A DNA stretch of 54,655 bases from Enterobacteria phage mEp021, in the sequence record MH706966; one strand, 5' to 3'. Both the position numbers and the translations under genes were made by a program. Of the stretch, positions 17,805-26,662 are shown piece by piece (position 1 is the stretch's first letter; each line of letters opens with the position of its first letter). Under the pieces are notes generated by a model. That model was given only the letters and a program-made list of their open reading frames with translations. It did not search any database and had not been told where the DNA came from.

Positions 17805-18344
17805 ATGAAAAATGATTTTGGAGGCAGCCACACTCCTAAGGAAATTAAAGATCTATGGCAGACGCCTAAACCAGTTTTCAGAGGAATGGACCGCGAATTT
17901 GAATTTGTCGCTGACGTGGCGGCAAACAAGGAAAATGCGCTAGTTCCTCGGTATATAACCGAAGAAATGGACACGTTGCATTATCCGTGGGGAGCTGTGG
18001 CAATGCCTGGTGAGTATGTCTGGCTTAATCCGCCATATTCTAAACCGGGGCCATTCGTTGAGAAGGCGGCATTAGAACATCAACGAAATCACATTGGCTG
18101 TGTAATGCTGTTGCCCGCTGACATTTCTGTTAGCTGGTTTATGAACGGCGTGGATACGGCAAACGAATGCCGATTAATCACGCGCGGGCGGCTGGCGTTT
18201 ATCAATGCTGCGACTGGTAAGCCAGTAAGCGGAAACAATAAAGGGAGCTTGTTTTTGATCTGGCATCCACGGTGCAGACATGAATGTATTTTTACACACA
18301 TAACACGTAAAGAGCTATACGCAAGAGGTGCAGATAATGACTAG
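17805..18344 (+). CDS. dam: Phage-type DNA N6-adenine methyltransferase (Dam-like)
   Basis: 179 aa; WQTPKPVF...DVAANKENALVPRYIT...WLNPPYS pattern of the phage Dam family; SD aaggggg. Confidence 0.75.
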   Translation: MKNDFGGSHTPKEIKDLWQTPKPVFRGMDREFEFVADVAANKENALVPRYITEEMDTLHYPWGAVAMPGEYVWLNPPYSKPGPFVEKAALEHQRNHIGCVMLLPADISVSWFMNGVDTANECRLITRGRLAFINAATGKPVSGNNKGSLFLIWHPRCRHECIFTHITRKELYARGADND

Positions 18345-18834
18345 TGCAGCAGATTTACTACGAATCGCAGCGGAAACAATTGAGCAAAGAGGTAAACAAA
18401 ACGGCTACGACAGAAAAGAGGAAAAATCAGCGCCAAAAATAGCCACTATATACAACGCTAAGAAGGGCGCAAATTTAACCCCACTTGATGTATGGGATCT
18501 GATGATTTGTCTTAAGGAGGCGCGTTTAGAGGCTATTTTGGTTAATGGCAGCGATCCCACTGACACTTTGGTTGACCTAATCAGCTACAGCGCACTAAAA
18601 GCTGAGCAAATATTGAATGATCTGGATGAAGAGTTAAAGAAAAATCAGTTCACTGCCGCCAATATTAATGATGGAATAATAAATGACGCAGCAATAACAA
18701 GCTGTAAGGGATTGCCGCCTTCAATGCTTAAACCTCAGTGTGGCTGTATTTCAAATCGGCTTGATTTGAGTTTTGACAGATCTGAAGCTATTCGCGACAA
18801 GAGGTATGACCCAAATGAAAAAGGTGACAATTGA
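18337..18834 (+). CDS. Hypothetical protein (about 165 aa)
   Basis: ORF with SD aagagg; no motif recognised. Confidence 0.45.
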   Translation: MTSAADLLRIAAETIEQRGKQNGYDRKEEKSAPKIATIYNAKKGANLTPLDVWDLMICLKEARLEAILVNGSDPTDTLVDLISYSALKAEQILNDLDEELKKNQFTAANINDGIINDAAITSCKGLPPSMLKPQCGCISNRLDLSFDRSEAIRDKRYDPNEKGDN

Positions 18835-19318
18835 CAGGTTATTGGCCTGCGTTTATGTCGCCGTTTTCGTGATCATCAACCTAATTGTTAACCATTGCGG
18901 CCCGTGGGTGATTCCTATCACTACGGTAGCCGCTGTGTGTGTCAATATGATGATCCGCGACTTCCTGTTATATGACGGCGGTATCAAGTGGTCGGCGACA
19001 ACATGCGCCGCCGCTGGCGCAATCACTGTGCTGATAAATTACGACGCCGGAATGGTAGCGATCGCGTCATTTGTTGCGGTTGTTTCCGGTGCACTTATTT
19101 CTGGCGGCGTTTACCGGGTTTTACCTGGTGACTTTGATTCAAAACGATGGCCTGCAAATATAGCGTCAGCAATAGGCGATGCGTTGATTTTCCCTACGCT
19201 ATCGTTTATGGCATTCATGCCGGAAATATCAGCAATGCAATTCATATCCAAAATGGCGGCGGTAACGGTGATCACTATCATCATGCGCCGCTATTTTACG
19301 TTTGAGGGTAGAAAATGA
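18806..19318 (+). CDS. Multi-pass membrane protein (possibly VUT/YhhQ-like transporter; start uncertain)
   Basis: Four or five hydrophobic segments; loose resemblance to YhhQ-type proteins from memory only. Confidence 0.4.
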   Translation: MTQMKKVTIDRLLACVYVAVFVIINLIVNHCGPWVIPITTVAAVCVNMMIRDFLLYDGGIKWSATTCAAAGAITVLINYDAGMVAIASFVAVVSGALISGGVYRVLPGDFDSKRWPANIASAIGDALIFPTLSFMAFMPEISAMQFISKMAAVTVITIIMRRYFTFEGRK

Positions 19319-20073
19319 GCAGGGGTAAACATTGGTTTAATAATTGGCTTAGAAATTGGGTCGTTTGGTCGTTGTACGACGGCAGCGGGTACGCCGTCAA
19401 AGATTGGGCGGAAGCAGGATATAAGTGCTATTGCTTCAACTATGACGGCGCAAATCACGGCGATTATGAAGGCGTTAAAATCATTCATCCAAATATTGAA
19501 TACGTTAACGTATGGATTGACAGTCACTTCCTGGTGATGTTCTCGCCTGAACTGTCAGTTTACCCAGATCCTGATATTATCCTGGGCTTCCCGCCGTGCG
19601 ACGATCTCGCCGTGTCTGGCGCTCGCTGGTTCGCTGATAAACGGAAAAAAGATCCTGACTTCCAGGTGAAGGCGGCGAATAGCGCAAAACTGGTAGAAAA
19701 ACTGGCGGATATGCACAACGTGCCGTGGATGGTGGAAAATCCGGTGGGAGCACTGTCAACGCTATGGCGCAAACCTGATTTTATTTTCAACCCTTGCGCT
19801 TACGGTGGCTACCTGCCGGAAGACGACAAACATCCTGCTTTCCCTGATGTTTACCCTGCGCGCGACGCGTATACAAAGAAAACTTGCATATGGTGCGGCA
19901 ACGGATTCAAACAGCCGCTTTTTAGACCTGTAGATCTTAACTCTGGCGATAACCCTGGGTGGGCGAAAACAGGAGGCAGGACGAAACGAACAAAGATGAT
20001 ACGCTCACTAACTCCGCGCGGCTTTGCCCGTGCTGTATTCATGGCTAACCATGACCGCGTTTTACCGGACTGA
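19315..20073 (+). CDS. Small DNA C5-cytosine methyltransferase-like protein
   Basis: 252 aa; LYDGSGY (motif I-like), GFPPCDDLAVSG (PC motif, with PCD rather than PCQ), MVENPVG (ENV motif). Confidence 0.45.
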   Translation: MSRGKHWFNNWLRNWVVWSLYDGSGYAVKDWAEAGYKCYCFNYDGANHGDYEGVKIIHPNIEYVNVWIDSHFLVMFSPELSVYPDPDIILGFPPCDDLAVSGARWFADKRKKDPDFQVKAANSAKLVEKLADMHNVPWMVENPVGALSTLWRKPDFIFNPCAYGGYLPEDDKHPAFPDVYPARDAYTKKTCIWCGNGFKQPLFRPVDLNSGDNPGWAKTGGRTKRTKMIRSLTPRGFARAVFMANHDRVLPD

Positions 20074-20170
20074 AATTTACAAAATGGCGTCATTGCGTGA
20101 TGTGGATCACATAATGGCGCTATTCACCTTGTTCTGATGTATCCATTTTGTATACTTCAAACAAGCAAAA

Positions 20171-20183
20171 TGCTCTTTAAAAA
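20171..20183 (+). promoter_or_regulatory. Second boxA-like element (tgctctttaaaaa)
   Basis: 12 of 13 match to the boxA consensus tgctctttaacaa; intergenic, upstream of the nin-like genes and Q; no clear boxB hairpin. Confidence 0.3.
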
Positions 20184-20232
20184 TCCGGCAGCGCTGAAAT
20201 GCGTAGAAATCACCTGAAAAGGAGAGAGCATT

Positions 20233-20409
20233 ATGCCTTTTAATAATTACCAATGGCATGACGACTATGAACGAGAAAGCGTCATGCGTGCAATGTGCAA
20301 TGTATGCAGCACGAAGAAAGGAGACTGCAACGAGTGCAACGAATGTTTAGATCATTGGCTAAGGGCCGGACACGCCGAAAGGCTGAACGAAACAGAAAAT
20401 CAAAAATAA
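20233..20409 (+). CDS. Small Cys-rich protein (58 aa), possibly NinF-like
   Basis: Strong SD aaaaggagagag; CNVCSTKKGDCNECNEC; same size and position as lambda NinF; below the ORF-track cut-off. Confidence 0.45.
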   Translation: MPFNNYQWHDDYERESVMRAMCNVCSTKKGDCNECNECLDHWLRAGHAERLNETENQK

Positions 20410-20423
20410 TCGGGGTGATTTTT

Positions 20424-21029
20424 ATGCAGAACCCTAAAAAACCAATACGACGCCGTTGCAAATGCTGCGGCGTTTTTTTTGAGCCTAAATATCACAATCA
20501 AACGTGGTGCAGTGATGAATGTCTGGAAGAACTGAAGTTTGACCAGCTATGCCGCGACCGAGAAAAGGCTATGAAGGCTATGGAACGGAAGAAACGCCGC
20601 GACAGCCAGCGTGAGGAACGCAACCGGAAACGTAAACAGTTAAATCCGCGCAGCTACTGGATTAAACAGGCGCAAAACGTGTTTAACGCATATATTCGCG
20701 AACGTGACGCAGGACAGCCGTGTATATCTTGCGGGACTTATTATTACGAACAATGCGGCGCTGATGCTGGACACTGGCGCACAGTAGCGGCAGCCGGACA
20801 CCTTCGCTTTAACGAGGATAACGTAAACCTACAATGCCGACATTGCAATCAGGTATTAGACGGCAATGTAGAGTTATACAGAATAAATTTAATAAAAAAA
20901 ATAGGATTAGAAAGGGTGGAGGCATTAGAAAATAATAACGAGACTCACAAATGGACGATAGAAGAATGTAAGGAAATCATAAAAGTCTATCAGGCTAAAT
21001 TGGACGCCTTAAGGAGAAAGGCGGCATGA
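20424..21029 (+). CDS. ninG: NinG/Rap-family recombination protein
   Basis: RSYWIKQAQNVFNAYIRERD...PCISCGT...AGHWRT...LRFNEDNVNLQCRHCNQ...WTIEECKEI closely parallels lambda NinG as recalled; start at the internal ATG with SD cggggtga. Confidence 0.85.
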   Translation: MQNPKKPIRRRCKCCGVFFEPKYHNQTWCSDECLEELKFDQLCRDREKAMKAMERKKRRDSQREERNRKRKQLNPRSYWIKQAQNVFNAYIRERDAGQPCISCGTYYYEQCGADAGHWRTVAAAGHLRFNEDNVNLQCRHCNQVLDGNVELYRINLIKKIGLERVEALENNNETHKWTIEECKEIIKVYQAKLDALRRKAA

Positions 21030-21433
21030 ATGAATATTCTTTTAGCCTGCCTTACCCGCCATCGAACAATCGCTATTACCGACATTCTCGCGGTTTTCAC
21101 TATATTAGCAAAGTGGGGAAGGAATACAGGGAACAAGTAAGAGACATCATCGAGCTATTAAATTTAAACATCAACCTATCTTGCCGACTGGCAATAACTA
21201 TTCATGCCGCGCCGCCTGATAACCGGATCAGAGATCTGGATAATATCCCAAAATGCCTTTTTGATAGCCTTACTTACGCCGGATTCTGGACCGACGACGG
21301 ACAAATCGATTCTATAAAAATTGTTCGCTGCCGGAAGGTGAAAGGCGGGCGATTGTTTATTAAGGTGCGCGAGCGCGGCGACCTGTTACCGGATATTGGC
21401 GAATACGAAACTAATATATGGGGTGAGAAATGA
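21026..21433 (+). CDS. rusA: RusA-family Holliday junction resolvase
   Basis: 135 aa; LPYPPSNNRYYR N-terminal signature and conserved acidic residues. Confidence 0.8.
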   Translation: MNEYSFSLPYPPSNNRYYRHSRGFHYISKVGKEYREQVRDIIELLNLNINLSCRLAITIHAAPPDNRIRDLDNIPKCLFDSLTYAGFWTDDGQIDSIKIVRCRKVKGGRLFIKVRERGDLLPDIGEYETNIWGEK

Positions 21434-21612
21434 AAAACGAAATTAAAGATCTGCAAATAGATATTCAGCGCGACGAGCTTGATTTAGCTACAGTCAGGCA
21501 AATCCAGGCTTTCCACATGAGAGAATTGCTTGCGCTGAAAGAGCTTGAAAGAAAGTTGGTCCAGTCAATATCTGATCGCAAAAGACTGGTTGCGCGTTAC
21601 GGGGGTAAATAA
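21430..21612 (+). CDS. Hypothetical small protein (60 aa)
   Basis: ORF between rusA and Q. Confidence 0.35.
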   Translation: MKNEIKDLQIDIQRDELDLATVRQIQAFHMRELLALKELERKLVQSISDRKRLVARYGGK

Positions 21613-22334
21613 TGAATTTGGAATCTATTCTTAAATTCCATTTCCCAAAGTCACCGCGTTTGTCAGATGAAAGCCGTGGAACATCACCTGATGCACTTAA
21701 TACTACTGATGCACTAACCGCCGCAGGTATGGCGCAATCTCGCGTAGAGCTTGGATATAGCGCTTTTTTAGGGAAGATGGAACTATCACAAGCCGAAAAA
21801 CATAAGGCCGTAGTTTTGCTTATAGAGCGTTTAAAGGCTATGGCAAAAGATTATAAATACGTTATGGAACTGGACGAGGCACAACGCAATGATCTCATTA
21901 TTCTTGTTGCCGTTTTTGCGTTTCGGGATTATTGCCAGAGTGCCGCGACGGAAAAAACTTGCATGGAGTGCGGCGGATATAAATTTACGTTTGACGAATA
22001 CGGTGAAAAACACCTTTGTAAAAAATGCAAGGGGCATGGGACAGTTCGCAATCATTGTAAACAATGCAAGGGCCGTGGCGAAGTACCGGACAAAGCAGCC
22101 AGCGAAGCGACGGAAATGCCAGTATTCAAAACGTGCCAGCATTGCGGCGGGCGCGGTTACTCGCGTTTCCCAGTAGATCTTGTTCGGCAGGCGGTTAATC
22201 AGCTTGTTTTCCCTGTAAGCCGATCAACATGGTGGAAGAAATACAGGGTTTTCTATGAAGACGCCATAGTGGAGCTATTCAAAGAAGAATCTCGCGCGGA
22301 AAGCGAAATCAAACGAGTGACACGGGGTGAATAA
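21612..22334 (+). CDS. Q: Late-gene antiterminator Q (lambda Q family)
   Basis: 240 aa; N-terminus LESILKFHFPKSPRLSDESRG...AAGMAQS and Zn-finger CxxC...CxxC region parallel lambda Q as recalled. Confidence 0.7.
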   Translation: MNLESILKFHFPKSPRLSDESRGTSPDALNTTDALTAAGMAQSRVELGYSAFLGKMELSQAEKHKAVVLLIERLKAMAKDYKYVMELDEAQRNDLIILVAVFAFRDYCQSAATEKTCMECGGYKFTFDEYGEKHLCKKCKGHGTVRNHCKQCKGRGEVPDKAASEATEMPVFKTCQHCGGRGYSRFPVDLVRQAVNQLVFPVSRSTWWKKYRVFYEDAIVELFKEESRAESEIKRVTRGE

Positions 22335-22564
22335 TGGAGCTAAAAATCTGGCAGGCTATCGACGTTGTTGATAATGAATTGTCTATGTTCGCCACTAACG
22401 GGAAACGCGTTGTGATCGCTACATGGACTCGTAACCATGATGATATTGCTTTTCGTCGCGCGGCGGCGGAATTGCTTTTCTCTGATGGCGGCTACACGAT
22501 GAACATCGACCAGCTTGCAAGAATGAAAGATGAAAAACTGGTTGATAGCTACACAACTGCTTAA
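22334..22564 (+). CDS. Hypothetical protein (76 aa)
   Basis: ORF directly after Q. Confidence 0.4.
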   Translation: MELKIWQAIDVVDNELSMFATNGKRVVIATWTRNHDDIAFRRAAAELLFSDGGYTMNIDQLARMKDEKLVDSYTTA

Positions 22565-22574
22565 CGGGGTGAAT

Positions 22575-22808
22575 ATGCGTATCTATGAACACAAGCGGGA
22601 TAAAACCCGCTTTTTTGTTCGTGCTGGAGTGGCGTACCAGTATCACGAATGCGGTTACATTGAGGCGCTTGCTTACGATCTGGACTTCGAGCAAGAAAAG
22701 GAATGGTTCGATTTTAAAATTTACCGGAAGCGCAAACCAACGCGCGACGAGCGACACGCTATCCGTGACTTTTTAATCAGCATTGAACGTTGGGAGACAG
22801 AGGAATGA
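22575..22808 (+). CDS. Hypothetical protein (77 aa)
   Basis: Internal ATG with SD acggggtga. Confidence 0.4.
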   Translation: MRIYEHKRDKTRFFVRAGVAYQYHECGYIEALAYDLDFEQEKEWFDFKIYRKRKPTRDERHAIRDFLISIERWETEE

Positions 22809-23032
22809 AGGTAAAATTCTTGCACGATCACGGTTATCCGTCATTGAAACAGGTTGTTGGTAAGGTCGTTGATGTCGTTCATAGCGATGATGTCACTTGC
22901 ATGATTAACGGTGCTGATCTAATTGCCGCTGGTGCTGATGACCATTACATAAATCCAGCGTGGTCGTATACGTTTAGCCTGGGCGACTTCGTTGGCGACA
23001 AGGGGCGCGGGCTGGAAGTGGTCGAGGGTTAA
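22805..23032 (+). CDS. Hypothetical protein (75 aa)
   Basis: ATGA overlap with the upstream stop. Confidence 0.4.
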   Translation: MKVKFLHDHGYPSLKQVVGKVVDVVHSDDVTCMINGADLIAAGADDHYINPAWSYTFSLGDFVGDKGRGLEVVEG

Positions 23033-23036
23033 CATC

Positions 23037-23285
23037 ATGGACGTTTACGAAGATCTATACCTCCAGACAAACACCAACACTTTTTATTTTCTTAAAAACG
23101 GCGTCGTGTATCGCAGTGACGACGGGGTGATAATGAAAGAGTGGTTATTTAAGCGTGAAGACCTACTCGACGATCTGGTTTTTGCCGGTGTATTTCGTAA
23201 ACGTCCGGCTAACCTGGAAGAAGAAATGTTGATTGAGGTTATTAAAAATGAAAATCAGGGTAAGTTATTTCCGGGCGAAAGATAA
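23037..23285 (+). CDS. Hypothetical protein (82 aa)
   Basis: SD gaggg 8 nt upstream. Confidence 0.4.
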   Translation: MDVYEDLYLQTNTNTFYFLKNGVVYRSDDGVIMKEWLFKREDLLDDLVFAGVFRKRPANLEEEMLIEVIKNENQGKLFPGER

Positions 23286-23499
23286 GGCAACAGGAAAGCA
23301 GGTGGCGATCCTGGTTAACGAGGCGCAGTACATGTTTGTCCTTCAGCCGTGGTGTATGGCTGACTATAGCAGTGATTATCGCCGTCATGCTGCGCGGAGT
23401 GCGGTAGGGATGAAGGGATGGCAACCGCGCGACATGGAAAACTATTGTGAATGGAAATTAGTAGCAAAATACACGGTCGATTATAAAGGGGTTTTCTGA
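23248..23499 (+). CDS. Hypothetical protein (83 aa)
   Basis: SD gaggt upstream. Confidence 0.4.
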   Translation: MKIRVSYFRAKDKATGKQVAILVNEAQYMFVLQPWCMADYSSDYRRHAARSAVGMKGWQPRDMENYCEWKLVAKYTVDYKGVF

Positions 23500-23571
23500 T
23501 TAATGTCACTTTCCTGGACGATGCGCGAAACAGGGGCCAAATGGCCCCATTAAACCAGAAGGGGTGGGATC

Positions 23572-23871
23572 ATGAAAAGCGATAAATTCATTGCGTGCTG
23601 TTTTGTCGAAGTTCCTAATGATGATGTTTTCTACAATTATGAATTTAAAGACAGTTGGGGCGGATCTCATGTTGTAGTTGGCAAGCGCGGCGACTGGTTA
23701 TATATCACTGATGGTGACAGGATCTTCACTAAAAACCAGTTGTTAAGAATAAAGGCAGAAAATAATGAAATACCAGTTGGTAATATGGGGATTATGAACT
23801 ACCACGCCTGCCTATGTTTAAAGCAAGATGCGGTAAATAAAGCGCGTAGCTTACCTGGTGCGGAGTTTTAA
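23572..23871 (+). CDS. Hypothetical protein (99 aa)
   Basis: SD aaggggtggga upstream. Confidence 0.45.
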   Translation: MKSDKFIACCFVEVPNDDVFYNYEFKDSWGGSHVVVGKRGDWLYITDGDRIFTKNQLLRIKAENNEIPVGNMGIMNYHACLCLKQDAVNKARSLPGAEF

Positions 23872-23873
23872 TT

Positions 23874-24047
23874 ATGGTTGTGTTCAGGCTATGGCGCGGT
23901 GTTAGTCGTACCGATGGCACGTACAGCCGCGTGATTGAAGATGTAAATCGTGGGCGTTTTTATGAACTGGCATACAATGAGGGAATGGGAAATACATATT
24001 TTGATGAATCTATCCATATGTGGCGGAAGATGGCTGGTGAAGGTTAG
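23874..24047 (+). CDS. Hypothetical small protein (57 aa)
   Basis: Read by eye; below the ORF-track cut-off. Confidence 0.3.
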   Translation: MVVFRLWRGVSRTDGTYSRVIEDVNRGRFYELAYNEGMGNTYFDESIHMWRKMAGEG

Positions 24048-24053
24048 CGACCT

Positions 24054-24230
24054 ATGAACGAGATTGAAGACGGTATCTATTTACACAAGGTATTTAACAT
24101 CACCTATTTACTTAGAGGTGAATCGGTGATGATAAGACCTGATGATGATCCGTATTGGGAATCAAGCGACATGGATCGGTGGCATATGCAAACATTACTA
24201 AATAATGGCCTGATATATAGAAAGCCGTAA
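24054..24230 (+). CDS. Hypothetical small protein (58 aa)
   Basis: Read by eye; below the ORF-track cut-off. Confidence 0.3.
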   Translation: MNEIEDGIYLHKVFNITYLLRGESVMIRPDDDPYWESSDMDRWHMQTLLNNGLIYRKP

Positions 24231-24295
24231 AGCCGTATTTGTAGAGCGTAAACAAACAGATTAAAATATTACCTAACAATGCGAAATTGTAATTA

Positions 24296-24322
24296 CCCGG
24301 CCCCGCGCCGGGTTTTTGCTTT
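24296..24322 (+). terminator. Rho-independent terminator immediately upstream of the lysis cassette (tR'-like by position)
   Basis: Hairpin cccgg-ccccgcg-ccggg followed by tttttgctttg; the holin SD and ATG follow within 20 nt. Confidence 0.6.
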
Positions 24323-24337
24323 GTTGGAGGTAAATCT

Positions 24338-24538
24338 ATGTTCGACAGAATACGGGAGGCGTGTGCGTATGTGACTGGGGCCGTAACTGCTTTTTTCGGC
24401 GCTATAACCATCAATGACGTCGCTGTTTTCGTTGGTATCTTATCAACCATAGGCACATTTGCCGTTAATTATTACTTCAAATCACAGGAGAACAAGCGGG
24501 CGCAAGAGGAACACGACGCGCGAATGGGGAATAAGTAA
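24338..24538 (+). CDS. Holin, pinholin-like (two TM segments)
   Basis: 66 aa; hydrophobic segments and a charged C-terminus; directly upstream of a SAR endolysin. Confidence 0.6.
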   Translation: MFDRIREACAYVTGAVTAFFGAITINDVAVFVGILSTIGTFAVNYYFKSQENKRAQEEHDARMGNK

Positions 24539-25030
24539 ATGATTAGCCAATCGCTGAAAAACAAGATTGTTGCGGCGGCGGCTGGTGGGGCGATCGCTAT
24601 TGCGGCGGTGATGATTAAGCCATTAGAGGGCGTGGAATACGATCCTTATCGTGATGTTGTTGGCGTATGGACTGTTTGCTACGGTCACACCGGAAAAGAC
24701 ATCATGCTTGGGAAGACTTACACGCAATCAGAATGCGATGCTTTGTTGAACAAAGATCTACATAAGACCGCAAAAGCGATTGACCCATATATCAAAGTCG
24801 AAATATCAGATTTTACCCGCGCTGCACTTTATTCATTCGCCTATAACGTAGGCGCAACCAACTTCAAAACATCAACCTTATTAAAGCTACTCAATGACGG
24901 CAAGAAATCAGAGGCGTGCGCACAGCTTAAGCGCTGGGTATACGCTGGCGGTAAGAAGTGGCAAGGCCTGGTTAACCGCCGCGAGGTTGAATATGCCGTT
25001 TGCGAATGGGGTGAGAAATGGACAAGGTGA
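24539..25030 (+). CDS. SAR endolysin (GH24 lysozyme with N-terminal signal-anchor-release segment)
   Basis: 163 aa; N-terminal weakly hydrophobic [15 protein letters not shown]; catalytic region [22 protein letters not shown]. Confidence 0.85.
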   Translation: MISQSLKNKIVAAAAGGAIAIAAVMIKPLEGVEYDPYRDVVGVWTVCYGHTGKDIMLGKTYTQSECDALLNKDLHKTAKAIDPYIKVEISDFTRAALYSFAYNVGATNFKTSTLLKLLNDGKKSEACAQLKRWVYAGGKKWQGLVNRREVEYAVCEWGEKWTR

Positions 25031-25488
25031 AGACGTTAATCATCGCCGTTGTTGTTTGCATTATTGCCGGACTGATCGCCGTAACGTGTTATTACCAGGG
25101 TGAAACGGCAAGGTTACAGGAAGAAGTCACGGTGACGAAAGGCGCACTGAAGACAGCAAGTAACACTATTCAGCAGATGAAGGAGCGAAACGCCGAACTG
25201 TCAAAACTTGATAAGAGGTATCACGATGAGATTAAAGCTATCAGATCTGACATTGCCGATCTGCGCACTGGCATTGATAACGGTACTATCAGGCTGCGCG
25301 TCAACGCCGTGCCAATGCGAACAGACAGTAATACCGGAACCTCCAGCCGCATTGATGGAGCCACCTGCGAACCTACTGCCGACGCTAAATCGGCTTATCT
25401 ATCCCTCAGAGAACAACTAAAAATAAAAGACGCACAGATCACTGGCCTACAGGACTACATCAAAACGCAGTGCTTACGCAAAGAATAA
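25018..25488 (+). CDS. Rz: i-spanin Rz
   Basis: 156 aa; N-terminal TM segment then coiled-coil periplasmic domain; position after the endolysin. Confidence 0.65.
   Translation: MDKVKTLIIAVVVCIIAGLIAVTCYYQGETARLQEEVTVTKGALKTASNTIQQMKERNAELSKLDKRYHDEIKAIRSDIADLRTGIDNGTIRLRVNAVPMRTDSNTGTSSRIDGATCEPTADAKSAYLSLREQLKIKDAQITGLQDYIKTQCLRKE
25226..25420 (+). CDS. Rz1: o-spanin Rz1, embedded in the +1 frame of Rz
   Basis: Lipobox LSGC after a signal peptide; proline-rich mature part; SD aagagg 7 nt upstream of the ATG. Confidence 0.6.
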   Translation: MRLKLSDLTLPICALALITVLSGCASTPCQCEQTVIPEPPAALMEPPANLLPTLNRLIYPSENN

Positions 25489-25824
25489 CAGCGCGTGGAC
25501 GTGTCGCCGTTTCCGCCAGCCAGCCATAACCGGGCCAATCCTTCCCGCGAGCGACGGCAGAAATTCAAAAACACGTAATACCGGATCAACAGTCCCATTA
25601 ACAGGTCAGGCGCTACCTGGGTAGAAGAAAGCGTCATTACTCACCTGCCATGCGTAGGACGAGCGCCCGGATCTGTTTATCAGAGATGTTAAGCAGGTCC
25701 AGATTTATAAAATTCTGGAAACGGTACTCATGCAGCGCCGTTTTCAGTGTTTTATAGCTGTTTTCACTCCCTGCGGTGTCCAGTTTTGCGGGGGTTATAT
25801 TTTTCAGGATAGAGGAATATTCTG

Positions 25825-26409
25825 ATGGCTAAGGGTAAAGGCATTAAGTTGCCTCAATTCAAAGTTCCGCTCTTTGAGCATACAACAGTTTTCTTCTGCC
25901 CGACCCGCGACATGTTTTATGAATTTTGCGAAAGGGCCGGAATACCAATCGAACCTGATTTCGAACTGGCAGGAGGATTAACGCTTACTTGTACTGGTGA
26001 GAAAGGCGGTAATTTCTATGTGATCGCAGTATTCGACAATGAGTTAGGTACGCTGGTACACGAATGCGCTCACACTACATTCCACGTTCTAAGCGATGTA
26101 GGTGTCGTGGCAACCACTGATCCAACTCATCCGGCAAACGAGACATATGCTTACATGGTAGGCCGTATCTTTGACGCATTCTTCCCAATCCTGGCAGAGT
26201 CAAACGAAGCACAGATTGCAGCAATGCAGGCGGCTGAAGTTGTCGAGAAGGCATTAGATCAGGCAGAAAAGGCGACTGATGCAGCAGAGCAAGCAGTAAA
26301 ACAGGCAGAGGAACCGAAAGAAGAGAAAAAACCAGTTAAGAAAGGCAAACGTAAGCCTAAAGCAAAAGAGGCGCTTGTGCCGCGTGTTATGAGATTTAAA
26401 CGGGGGTGA
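25825..26409 (+). CDS. Zincin-like HExxH protein with lysine-rich basic C-terminal tail
   Basis: 194 aa; LVHECAHTTFH; C-terminal KEEKKPVKKGKRKPKAKEA; SD agagga. Confidence 0.5.
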   Translation: MAKGKGIKLPQFKVPLFEHTTVFFCPTRDMFYEFCERAGIPIEPDFELAGGLTLTCTGEKGGNFYVIAVFDNELGTLVHECAHTTFHVLSDVGVVATTDPTHPANETYAYMVGRIFDAFFPILAESNEAQIAAMQAAEVVEKALDQAEKATDAAEQAVKQAEEPKEEKKPVKKGKRKPKAKEALVPRVMRFKRG

Positions 26410-26411
26410 TT

Positions 26412-26486
26412 ATGATTGACCCGCTCATTATCCTTTCTGCCTGTGTCGCTGTATGGCTGGCGATCATGATATTCATCGAAAGCTGA
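26412..26486 (+). CDS. Mini-ORF 1 of a tandem array: 24-aa single-TM peptide
   Basis: MIDPLIILSACVAVWLAIMIFIES; SD cgggggtga directly upstream. Confidence 0.4.
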   Translation: MIDPLIILSACVAVWLAIMIFIES

Positions 26487-26496
26487 AGGTGTTCAC

Positions 26497-26577
26497 ATGA
26501 ACGCATACGAAATGCTATTGCTGGTGGCTGTAGTTGTAGTCATTGCCGTTGATTTCTATCGAGGGTTTAAAAGATGA
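26497..26577 (+). CDS. Mini-ORF 2: 26-aa single-TM peptide
   Basis: MNAYEMLLLVAVVVVIAVDFYRGFKR; SD aaggtg 5 nt upstream. Confidence 0.4.
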   Translation: MNAYEMLLLVAVVVVIAVDFYRGFKR

Positions 26578-26645
26578 AAGAAGCAGACTTCTTTTGCATG
26601 ATTGTAGTGATCGTCATCATTGCGGTGATTTTAAACCTTAGTTGA
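26574..26645 (+). CDS. Mini-ORF 3: 23-aa single-TM peptide
   Basis: MKEADFFCMIVVIVIIAVILNLS; ATGA overlap with mini-ORF 2; SD gaggg. Confidence 0.4.
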   Translation: MKEADFFCMIVVIVIIAVILNLS

Positions 26646-26662
26646 ATCGCAGGGGGTTGAAA

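Noticed and set aside
20295-20423. N-terminal extension of the NinG ORF as given in the ORF track
   Set aside because: An internal ATG at 20424 with a good SD matches the lambda NinG N-terminus; the upstream region is better explained by the separate 58-aa Cys-rich ORF in another frame.
25640-25824. Open minus-strand frame between Rz and the zincin-like gene
   Set aside because: No usable start codon with SD, and the ORF track reports nothing of 60 aa or more here; could be a gene remnant but not supportable by eye.
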